Shown here piece after piece: positions 18,133 to 25,069 of a stretch of DNA of 34,055 nt. Source of the DNA: a virus. Its lineage: Duplodnaviria > Caudoviricetes. The stretch lies in IMG/VR virus record IMGVR_UViG_3300010222_000011, positions 1 to 34,055 of that record. The stretch is one strand, 5' to 3'. Every line of letters starts with the position of its first letter. Position 1 is the first letter of the stretch. A program made the translations under genes and the position numbers. The notes beneath the pieces are model-generated. The model was given only the letters and a program-made list of their open reading frames with translations. It did not search any database and had not been told where the DNA came from.

Positions 18133-18694
18133 CCGCCTTCTCCCCTTCTTCTTCTTTTTCTCTGTGGTACTTACTGTAGATCTCCGATAGTTCTCTGCGT
18201 GTTTCCTCAGTATCATCTTCTACATGGTCTTGGTCTCCGGATTTGTCAAGTACATTGAATTCTTGCAGTAGTGAAGCCATTCTTTCATCGGCTTTGATCA
18301 GTGATAATCCGGAGTTAGCCAGGACCTGTGGACTGACTTCCGGGTTTTCACGTGCTCTTTTTTCGGATAAAGCGATTGCGTTGATTGCTATATCGTAGTG
18401 TTTTCCTAGTTGTTGTTGAAGCCATCTTTCTATTTCGTGTTTTTCTTTGTCGGTGAAAAGTCTTTCGAATGCGTTGGCTCTGTCGCTGTCCAGGTATTTG
18501 GCTACTGTTCTCCGTGTTAAACCCATTTCTTCTGCTACTTGGGCTTGGGTATTGTATTGGTTGTTCCCGTAGTAAAGTCTTACGGCTTTTCTGATTCTCT
18601 TATCTTTTTTGTCAAGCTGTGAGTCTTCTATAAGTCCCTGTGTTCCTGTGAAGATTTGTGAACTTTTGTTTTCTTTTTTCTGTGGCTGGCTCAT
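18119..18694 (-). CDS. Putative terminase small subunit, 191 aa
   Basis: N-terminal HTH TQAQVAEEMGLTRRTVAKYL followed by helical oligomerisation segments; upstream of TerL. Confidence 0.6.
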   Translation of the reverse strand: MSQPQKKENKSSQIFTGTQGLIEDSQLDKKDKRIRKAVRLYYGNNQYNTQAQVAEEMGLTRRTVAKYLDSDRANAFERLFTDKEKHEIERWLQQQLGKHYDIAINAIALSEKRARENPEVSPQVLANSGLSLIKADERMASLLQEFNVLDKSGDQDHVEDDTEETRRELSEIYSKYHREKEEEGEKADASE

Positions 18695-18730
18695 ACCTGT
18701 TTGTTTACTACTTGTTTTTTAAATAAAGTT

Positions 18731-18829
18731 TTACTGTCCCGGTAAAGCATTCAATAATAGTTTCAGGAAAGCGATACCGAGCTTGATCAATAGCTCTAGG
18801 ATCTTCATCAGCAACTGTTCTGTTGTCAT
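18731..18829 (-). CDS. 32-aa amphipathic/hydrophobic peptide (not in track)
   Basis: MTTEQLLMKILELLIKLGIAFLKLLLNALPGQ; ATGA overlap with the 61-aa gene. Confidence 0.6.
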   Translation of the reverse strand: MTTEQLLMKILELLIKLGIAFLKLLLNALPGQ

Positions 18830-19011
18830 AAATCAGTGTCTGCTTCGCTTTCAAAGTCTTGGGTTTGTTTTCGGCAGTGCTTATTAACTTGTTCCCTGCT
18901 TGAGAAGGTGTCACCGGTTCTCTTATCCTCATATCTTTGTGTTTCACCGTTTTGTTTATTTATCCAGATATGCTGGGTGAAATACTGTAGAGGAGTCAAT
19001 TTTTTGGCCAT
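18826..19011 (-). CDS. 61-aa hypothetical protein
   Basis: GGAGAAG RBS; coupled to neighbours. Confidence 0.6.
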   Translation of the reverse strand: MAKKLTPLQYFTQHIWINKQNGETQRYEDKRTGDTFSSREQVNKHCRKQTQDFESEADTDL

Positions 19012-19295
19012 AACAACTTCTCCTCCTGTTTTTGTTCTTTTTTAATGTCGTATAATTTATGCCCGTCTTTAGTGCCGACTTGTTCAATAACGTTAAAGTT
19101 GTCTCTTAATTCGTTTATACGGCCTGAGAACTTGTGCTTGTTTTTTCCCATGTGCAATTCCATTTCTTCACTGGTCAGCGGGCCGTACTTGTCAATGATT
19201 TTGAAGACTCTTTCACGATCTGTTTCTACGGTACCGTCTTTCAGTTTCTGTCTGAAGGCTTGTAAACTGGTCTCCGCCATACCATTATTAGTCAT
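18996..19295 (-). CDS. Winged-helix DNA-binding protein, 99 aa
   Basis: TS..AF...RERVF..I...GPLTSEEM...SGRINEL. Confidence 0.75.
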   Translation of the reverse strand: MTNNGMAETSLQAFRQKLKDGTVETDRERVFKIIDKYGPLTSEEMELHMGKNKHKFSGRINELRDNFNVIEQVGTKDGHKLYDIKKEQKQEEKLLWPKN

Positions 19296-19462
19296 TTTTT
19301 ATCATCTTCTCCCATCATTAGTTGTACTGCTTGTTTCTCCGGCTGCAACAAATCCTTCACGTTTCTAATCATTGGATCCTCCAGTAATGGGCCGTCTTGA
19401 ACTAAGTATTTTTCATCGTTAACCGTTGCTATTTCATTGTATACATTACTGTAATCACTCAT
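19292..19462 (-). CDS. 56-aa hypothetical protein (not in track)
   Basis: MSDYSNVYNEIATVNDEKY...; ATGA overlaps at both ends. Confidence 0.65.
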   Translation of the reverse strand: MSDYSNVYNEIATVNDEKYLVQDGPLLEDPMIRNVKDLLQPEKQAVQLMMGEDDKK

Positions 19463-20202
19463 ACGGTTTCTGCACCGACTTTTTCTTTGTCTTTGAGGCA
19501 GTGTTTTAACTGTTGCTCCGCATCTTCGCTGAGTTTGTACTTAACGTATTTCCCGTTGCGCTTGCTTTCAAAATCCAGTTTTTCACGTAACTCGGAGACA
19601 CGGCTCCTCAACGCCTTAACTTTTTCCGGTTTCCCTATTTTCTCAGCTAAATCACTGTATGATACAAAACCGTCAAGCTCTATGAAAGCAGAAAGGATTT
19701 TTTCCTCGTTCTCATTGAAACGTGCATCATCAATTACATTGGCAACATCCTGCTGCATTTCCACTGCTCCAGAAACACTGTACAACTTTTTCCCGTTCTC
19801 CATCTTTGTATCCAGCAGGTCTTCTTTCTCCAGTTTCTCCACATATTCCTGTAAAGCCATTGGTGCCTCACCCAGTTTATCAGCCAAATCATCTAAAGAA
19901 AGAAACTCGTCTTCCTCAAGAAAAGCCCACAAAACTGTTTCCTCCTTATCAGGGCTGAACGGATTAACGTACTCCAACTGGTTATAAGGCGGTTTAAACT
20001 CGTTTATCAAATGCTTCTCCATTAACTCCCGGATATTTTTCTCTGTTACAACCTCGAACGTGGCTTCATCCCACAACGGTTTGTCATGCGAGGTCACTCT
20101 TTTCCTTAGGCTGGATGCCCGGCCGATGTAAACCAGTTTGAGGTCGCCGCCGGCTTTCCGGCTGTAAAGTTTGTAGATTCCGGGCCGGTCAGGGACGTGC
20201 AT
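19459..20202 (-). CDS. GIY-YIG nuclease with two tandem winged-helix domains, about 247 aa
   Basis: PGIYKL...VYIGRA..LRKRV..H...E..LI...KPPYN, then two wHTH repeats (LSLDDLADKLG; VSYSDLAEKIG). Confidence 0.85.
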   Translation of the reverse strand: MHVPDRPGIYKLYSRKAGGDLKLVYIGRASSLRKRVTSHDKPLWDEATFEVVTEKNIRELMEKHLINEFKPPYNQLEYVNPFSPDKEETVLWAFLEEDEFLSLDDLADKLGEAPMALQEYVEKLEKEDLLDTKMENGKKLYSVSGAVEMQQDVANVIDDARFNENEEKILSAFIELDGFVSYSDLAEKIGKPEKVKALRSRVSELREKLDFESKRNGKYVKYKLSEDAEQQLKHCLKDKEKVGAETV

Positions 20203-20206
20203 TGCG

Positions 20207-20542
20207 TTACGCCTGCTCTGCATCACAGTTTTTATCACCTTTCTTGTTATAATGTTCTGGATTTAGGTCGTAGAAAGTATGCCTATCAAGTCTCTCAACT
20301 AATTTTGGGAAGTCAAGTAAATACCTTGATTTCCGGTTTTGATGCACTGTAATAGGTAGAACAGCAAACCTTCTGTCAAGTTCATTTTGGGTTACTTCCT
20401 CGTATTCTGTGTGAGTTCCATCAGTTACCTTGTACTCCCAGTCTTTGGTCTCCATGTTGAACTTGTAAGCAGAGACTTCGCAGATTTCTTGTTTTTCTCT
20501 ATCGTAGATCAGTCTACCTCTCCGTACAGGATTATCTGTCAT
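20207..20542 (-). CDS. Hypothetical protein, about 111 aa
   Basis: ATGA coupling; beta-rich N-terminus. Confidence 0.6.
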   Translation of the reverse strand: MTDNPVRRGRLIYDREKQEICEVSAYKFNMETKDWEYKVTDGTHTEYEEVTQNELDRRFAVLPITVHQNRKSRYLLDFPKLVERLDRHTFYDLNPEHYNKKGDKNCDAEQA

Positions 20543-20949
20543 TGATTCCATTCACCTTCGAGAACTGTTCCTATTTCGTCTACGTTCTCGTGGTATTCCT
20601 GTTTTTCTTCAAACCCTGTTAAAGCTTTTTTCAGTCCGTTGTTTACTACCATTGTGAACTTGATATGATTGGTTCCATGCTCCTCAACTACAAAATCCAT
20701 TAAGTCTGTGAAGTCGTTGTCGTATTCCATCCAAACCATGCTGATATACAGAATATCTTGATCGGGGACATGGCAGTAGTGCATACAGGATTCTCCTTTC
20801 CTAACATGGAAGAATGGGTATCCTTTAGGTGTCTCACCTTTTCTGTTTAACTTGATTTCAGGTTCTTGGCCTTCCCTCTCCGGCAACTCTTGATTCCCTT
20901 TTTCCAATCTATCTACAACTTCCGCTACAGTATCCTCTAAATCACTCAT
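20539..20949 (-). CDS. Hypothetical protein, possible degenerate GNAT fold, 136 aa
   Basis: LYISMVW...FTDLMDFV...IKFTMVVNNGLKKALTGF resembles GNAT motifs A/B. Confidence 0.5.
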   Translation of the reverse strand: MSDLEDTVAEVVDRLEKGNQELPEREGQEPEIKLNRKGETPKGYPFFHVRKGESCMHYCHVPDQDILYISMVWMEYDNDFTDLMDFVVEEHGTNHIKFTMVVNNGLKKALTGFEEKQEYHENVDEIGTVLEGEWNQ

Positions 20950-21389
20950 TTGCTATCTCCTCCTAGATCCTGTAAAATGTTGTAGTAACCGTTCGTCAAA
21001 GATTTAACAAGATCGATGTGTTCAGCTCTCTCCCTTTCATCACCTAGATCCAAATTGGCTTGGCGACTGGTTTCACATGCTTCTTTCAACGCTACCTGCA
21101 GTTCTGGAGGAATATAGGAGTCAGTGTTTTCCCCCCTGTCACTCCCTGCGCTTTGTGCGCCTTCATTGTCACTTGACTCCTTAATAACATCTATCTTCTT
21201 TATATCAATGAACTGGTCTTGATTGGTTTTGACTTTGACTTTATCGCCTTTACTCCATTCACTTGGTATGCTGCCTTCACCGTTCAACCATTTTTCTTCC
21301 TGGCCGTTGTCTACAAGGATACCGTAATATCCTTCATCAGGTTTCGGGCTGAAGTTCTTTAGAACACCTGTAAAACTTGACTTACTCAT
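20946..21389 (-). CDS. Putative OB-fold ssDNA-binding protein, 147 aa
   Basis: FTGVL...YGILV...WLN...KGDKVKV beta barrel, then a linker and a helical C-terminus. Confidence 0.5.
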   Translation of the reverse strand: MSKSSFTGVLKNFSPKPDEGYYGILVDNGQEEKWLNGEGSIPSEWSKGDKVKVKTNQDQFIDIKKIDVIKESSDNEGAQSAGSDRGENTDSYIPPELQVALKEACETSRQANLDLGDERERAEHIDLVKSLTNGYYNILQDLGGDSK

Positions 21390-21586
21390 TGTTGTTTGAC
21401 CTCCTTTAATGCTTTGATCAAGTCATCAATTTCGTTAGAATCCACATAAACCACTTCTTCATTATTTGACCAAAAATTCACCAATGCTACGTCTCCTTTC
21501 ATTGGATGTTCTTCATTTACTCTGATATATAGGCCAGCAGTTTCAGGGTTATCTCCAACAGGTTCGGAAATTACTTTTCTTCTCAC
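21386..21586 (-). CDS. 66-aa hypothetical protein
   Basis: ATGA coupling at both ends. Confidence 0.65.
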   Translation of the reverse strand: MRRKVISEPVGDNPETAGLYIRVNEEHPMKGDVALVNFWSNNEEVVYVDSNEIDDLIKALKEVKQQ

Positions 21587-21774
21587 TGGTTCATCACCTC
21601 GTTTTTCAGGTACTGTGCTGCCGCTGTCAGTAGTTCCTTGTCCCAGTTACTTTCCGTGTCTTCTGACTTACTTTGCAGTACTTTAACTGCTTTAGCTGTA
21701 TCGGATTTTTGTTGGTCGAGTATTGATGGACTTGCGTCCCTTAGTTCGTTCATAGTTGGATTATTCGTTTGCAT
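21583..21774 (-). CDS. 63-aa hypothetical protein
   Basis: First gene after promoter copy 3. Confidence 0.65.
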   Translation of the reverse strand: MQTNNPTMNELRDASPSILDQQKSDTAKAVKVLQSKSEDTESNWDKELLTAAAQYLKNEVMNQ

Positions 21775-21783
21775 AAACTAGTG

Positions 21784-21836
21784 TTCTACCTTCTATATCA
21801 TACATTGGTATACATTACTTATAAACATTTTCATTG
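21784..21836 (-). promoter_or_regulatory. Conserved early-type archaeal promoter, copy 3
   Basis: Minus CAATGAAAATGTTTATAAGTAATG, about 20 nt, then TATAGAAGGTAGAA. Confidence 0.8.
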
Positions 21837-21842
21837 TTTTAC

Positions 21843-21870
21843 TAAAGAAAAAAGAAAAAATTTGGAAAAG
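21843..21870 (-). terminator. Oligo-U terminator
   Basis: TTTTTTCTTTTTTCTTT on the minus strand after the 21871 stop. Confidence 0.6.
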
Positions 21871-22242
21871 TTAGAAATCTCTCTTCGGTAAACCTGTATC
21901 CAACTTCTCATGTGTATGCTCCTTCAAATCATCAATTGCTTTCTGCATACCAGTTGTTCTTTCATGAATATCATCAAGCCTATCATCATGCTCACTAACT
22001 ATGTACCGGTTGGCAGCTTTCATTCTCTCCTTAAGAATATCCTGCACAGAAAAGACTTGATCGGCAACTCCTTCATCTATATCCCATAACTCGCCGTAAT
22101 CAACTTTTCCCACGTGGTCTATGAGAAAATCCTCAACCGCCTTAACCTTATTTCTTAGCTCTCGAGAAGTCGTTGATTCTAAATCAGATTTTGAAAGTTC
22201 TGCAAATTCTTCTAGTTGTTCTGGTAATTCCATTACATTCAC
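21871..22242 (-). CDS. Acidic helical protein, about 120 aa (likely ATG at 22233)
   Basis: Monocistronic, with GGTGA RBS, its own TATA (22310-19) and a terminator. Confidence 0.7.
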   Translation of the reverse strand: MNVMELPEQLEEFAELSKSDLESTTSRELRNKVKAVEDFLIDHVGKVDYGELWDIDEGVADQVFSVQDILKERMKAANRYIVSEHDDRLDDIHERTTGMQKAIDDLKEHTHEKLDTGLPKRDF

Positions 22243-22349
22243 CTATACTCTATCTATTTCCTTTACTCGCCGATAAAGGGCGAAACCCAATCAATAATTA
22301 GTCTATAAGCTTTAAAAAAGAAAGGAAAACTTGTGGGGAGGGGTAGACC

Positions 22350-22495
22350 AAAAAAATATTTGAGGAGAATATGTAGGGGGAGAATTTAGAAGAGCGCCCA
22401 ATCCCCCCTCAAATAGGCCCGGTATAAAGACCTGCGGCGCTTGAAGGTAGAAAAAACCAGTGTTCTGGAGACACTTGCGTTTTTTCCTCTAAAAG
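22350..22495 (-). ncRNA. Putative structured (pseudoknotted) small RNA, about 145 nt
   Basis: TATA at 22517-26, five helices with G-U pairs favouring the minus strand, and a U7 end at 22356-50; no ORF. Confidence 0.6.
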
Positions 22496-22553
22496 CTGGG
22501 CTTGAATAGACCAACTTCTATAAAAACAAATATTACCAGCCAATCCTAAAAAA

Positions 22554-23117
22554 CTAATGGTTATTCAACGCCTGACGAGTCGCACGATCACAAACCCGTA
22601 AATCCACACGCCGACTCGTCTTATAGATAGAATCCTCCGTCTTATCCAAATCCTCATCATGTTCATACTCGGGGAACAAGTTATGCAGAACTTCATGATT
22701 ACATACCGTATCAAACTGTGTAGCCGTCAAACCCGTCTCAACAAAAATCGTGTTATTATGAGTAAAAGTTTTGCCCATAACATTTCTCCCACTTTGTGCC
22801 TTTACCTGGTCTACCACATGAAACCGGTAAACACCTGATGAAAAGTTCTTCTCCTGTGCAACAATCCGGCTGTTATTGTAGGGTTCTCCAAGAATGTTTC
22901 TAGCGTTCTCCGAGCCCTCACTGTAGCCCTGCCGGTAGCCATCATTCCATTGCTGAGACTTTATCTCCTGCCGTATCTCTTTTTTCTCTTCAAGATGATT
23001 CTGTTTCATCTCCTGTATCTGCTCGGTGTGCTCCGCCTGAATACTATGGAATACGCCTAAGAAACCTATAATTATCAACGTGTTTAGAATTATCTGTAAA
23101 ACAATGAGTCGTCTCAA
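22554..23117 (-). CDS. Membrane-anchored zincin-like metallopeptidase, 187 aa
   Basis: N-terminal TM helix, coiled coil, GYRQGYSEG, then GKTF...IFV...HEVLH (HExxH). Confidence 0.7.
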   Translation of the reverse strand: MRRLIVLQIILNTLIIIGFLGVFHSIQAEHTEQIQEMKQNHLEEKKEIRQEIKSQQWNDGYRQGYSEGSENARNILGEPYNNSRIVAQEKNFSSGVYRFHVVDQVKAQSGRNVMGKTFTHNNTIFVETGLTATQFDTVCNHEVLHNLFPEYEHDEDLDKTEDSIYKTSRRVDLRVCDRATRQALNNH

Positions 23118-23392
23118 TTTTCAACAGGCTCCTTATCATATTCTTCTTCCTTTGATTTTTCATTCTGCATATTCCGGAGCTGTTTCTTAACATCCTCCGG
23201 CAGTTTTACAATCTTCCAAGTACCTGGAGCAGTCCTCTCCACCAAATCATGTAGTTCAAAAGTTTGGATCGCCGATTTGGCAGAACTTTTTCCGCTGTAC
23301 ATTCTCTCAGCAAAACTCAAAGTAATCACACCATTATTCTTCTTCACAGCCATCAACAAAAGATTGGACTGTTTCTCAGAAAGACCTGTCAT
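23114..23392 (-). CDS. Winged-helix protein, 92 aa
   Basis: LSEKQ..LL...ITLSFAERMYS..SAKSAIQTFE..LVER..G.W. Confidence 0.65.
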   Translation of the reverse strand: MTGLSEKQSNLLLMAVKKNNGVITLSFAERMYSGKSSAKSAIQTFELHDLVERTAPGTWKIVKLPEDVKKQLRNMQNEKSKEEEYDKEPVEN

Positions 23393-23922
23393 CGCAGCCT
23401 CTCCACCTTCTCATCATACCCTCGGTTTTCAGCTTCTTCTAACAGTTGCTTCTTGAATCTAGGTCTCGGAACCGTATCAAAATTCTTCTTATACTTCTTG
23501 TATCTCCCATCAAACCATCTTTTGAACCTTGACTCAACCTCCGCTGGATCACTCTCGCTTCTACGAACCATGATCATTTCAACTGTATTGTCCCAGAACT
23601 CCTTATCATCAACATCCCTAATCTTCTCTTGGGACTCTTCCTCTGTCTCTACTTCAATCTCTTCAATTTCTGCCTTAAGACCTTTCCTTTGGATCTTCAA
23701 CTGATCTATTTCATCTTCCAGTTTCTCAATCCTGCTATCCAAAAGTTCTCTTTTGGCTTCCAACTTGGTTTTGTCATCTCCGTATTTCATAAGCATATCA
23801 CGAAAAAACTCCGATCTTCCTCCATCATAAACTTCATTAATATCGGTTTTCAATTTATCCCAGAGCGATTGGGCTGTTTCATCAAGGCTGATATTCACAC
23901 GGTCAGTCATAAGCCCAATCAC
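23389..23922 (-). CDS. RHH-like domain plus coiled coil protein, about 175 aa
   Basis: RVNISLDE...W..L......GRSEFFRDML, followed by a long heptad region. Confidence 0.7.
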   Translation of the reverse strand: MIGLMTDRVNISLDETAQSLWDKLKTDINEVYDGGRSEFFRDMLMKYGDDKTKLEAKRELLDSRIEKLEDEIDQLKIQRKGLKAEIEEIEVETEEESQEKIRDVDDKEFWDNTVEMIMVRRSESDPAEVESRFKRWFDGRYKKYKKNFDTVPRPRFKKQLLEEAENRGYDEKVERLR

Positions 23923-24038
23923 TCTTTCTCTTCTATTCCTGCAGCTTTTTCAAGCATTTCAAGCCATGTTCTGTCGTTTTTCTCTGATTTAAGTTCTTTG
24001 TGCTTATCGTCGTCCATCGGAATCCGTACTTCCTTCAT
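23919..24038 (-). CDS. 39-aa RHH-like microprotein (not in track)
   Basis: MKEVRIPMDDDKHKELKSEKNDRTWLEMLEKAAGIEEKE; near-leaderless behind TATTTAAA (24062-69); GTGA overlap. Confidence 0.7.
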   Translation of the reverse strand: MKEVRIPMDDDKHKELKSEKNDRTWLEMLEKAAGIEEKE

Positions 24039-24131
24039 GTCTGTGATATGAGTGTGTGTTGTTTAAATAACCTTGTGTACTTTTCATCTGGATAAAAGAC
24101 AAGTATTTATAAACAGAAAAACCTTAAACAG

Positions 24132-24181
24132 TCCCTAGAGGCCAAAGTTAGGCCTCAGCCCCACGATTTCTAGTGGAGGGA
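24132..24181 (+). ncRNA. Putative three-way-junction small RNA element
   Basis: TCCCT/AGGGA closes GAGGCC/GGCCTC and CCAC/GTGG hairpins; TTTATAAA at 24106-13 just upstream. Confidence 0.4.
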
Positions 24182-24210
24182 AGAAAAATTGAACTCCATA
24201 TGTGATCAGG

Positions 24211-24472
24211 CTTGTGTACATACACAACATACATACACAAGGTCACCAACATACTCATTCTCATACAAAAACCTACTTTCATTTATAAAATCCACAAGTA
24301 GTCTTGTGTATTGTGTATGACTACTTATGCAATACAACACAATAGTTTGAAGAAATAGGCTCGAAATTACAAAGTATGCTCTTGAAGTTTAAACTGAATA
24401 ACAAAACAAATCTTTTGTTTCAAGATATAATACAAAAAACCGAATCTTTGTTTGATACTATAATACAAAAAC
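24211..24472. repeat. Iteron/operator array, candidate replication origin
   Basis: Repeated TTGTGTA/TACACAA, two inverted repeats, and two TTTGT-N13-ACAAA units 33 bp apart; AT-rich. Confidence 0.55.
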
Positions 24473-24583
24473 TAGTTTTTTGATCCGATTAAATACTCTT
24501 GAACCTCAAATTCCTCCCTAGAAATATTAGGATTCCAGTATCAACTTTTTTCGGAAAAACCGGGATCGCAGTACCAGTTTTTT

Positions 24584-25069
24584 TTAGAGGCCGCCGAGCA
24601 TCGCCAGTACTATCTGACTGAAATTGATTTCCGATAACATGAAACCTGTGCAATAATGGAAAACCATTGCTGTCAGGAATCCGAATGCTGCGGTGTACGC
24701 CCATTCATGGATGACATCTCCTAAGTGGCCGGGCAGGTGTTCTTGGGTTCTACAGCTTTTTAACCCGGTTCTCAGCATTAGTAACAGGCTTATTACGAAT
24801 AGTTCTCCGATGGGTGTGGGGAATATGTAGCCCATGCCGACCATGCTTATTCCGATTATTGTGGCGTGGAACTCGCTTCTACTGACTAGTTTCTCTTTGG
24901 TTGTCAGTAATCCGTTGCTTTGATTCATTTGTTTTTTCCGGGCTTCCAGTTTTGTTTCTAGTTCTTCTGTGATCTCTGCAAGTTCCCTGCTTAGTTCTTC
25001 TTTGTCCTCGGATTGTTTTCCCTGTTTACATTGATGGCTTTGTTCATTGTTTTTATTGGATTCCGGCAA
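24584..25069 (-). CDS. Multi-pass membrane protein, 161 aa
   Basis: Three to four hydrophobic segments; EFHA...H..D..HE.AY motif. Confidence 0.75.
   Translation of the reverse strand: MPESNKNNEQSHQCKQGKQSEDKEELSRELAEITEELETKLEARKKQMNQSNGLLTTKEKLVSRSEFHATIIGISMVGMGYIFPTPIGELFVISLLLMLRTGLKSCRTQEHLPGHLGDVIHEWAYTAAFGFLTAMVFHYCTGFMLSEINFSQIVLAMLGGL

Noticed and set aside
18708-18947. 79-aa track ORF
   Set aside because: It overlaps the 61-aa gene heavily and runs through the TerS promoter. The coupled 32-aa ORF fits better.
22350-22495. tRNA, RNase P RNA or hammerhead ribozyme identity for the ncRNA
   Set aside because: No TTC-loop cloverleaf. GAGGAA is not followed by the RNase P P4 consensus, and there is no CUGANGA core.
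24189-24320. Plus-strand TTG-start ORF of about 43 aa after GGAGGG
   Set aside because: It runs through the repeat array with atypical composition. The G-run is explained by the stem.
24211-24472. Mini-CRISPR array
   Set aside because: Repeats are short, degenerate, partly inverted and lack unique spacers of regular length.
24489-24704. 71-aa minus ORF, and likewise 13958..14227, 3093..3392 and 1719..1904
   Set aside because: Out-of-frame overlaps of better-supported genes.
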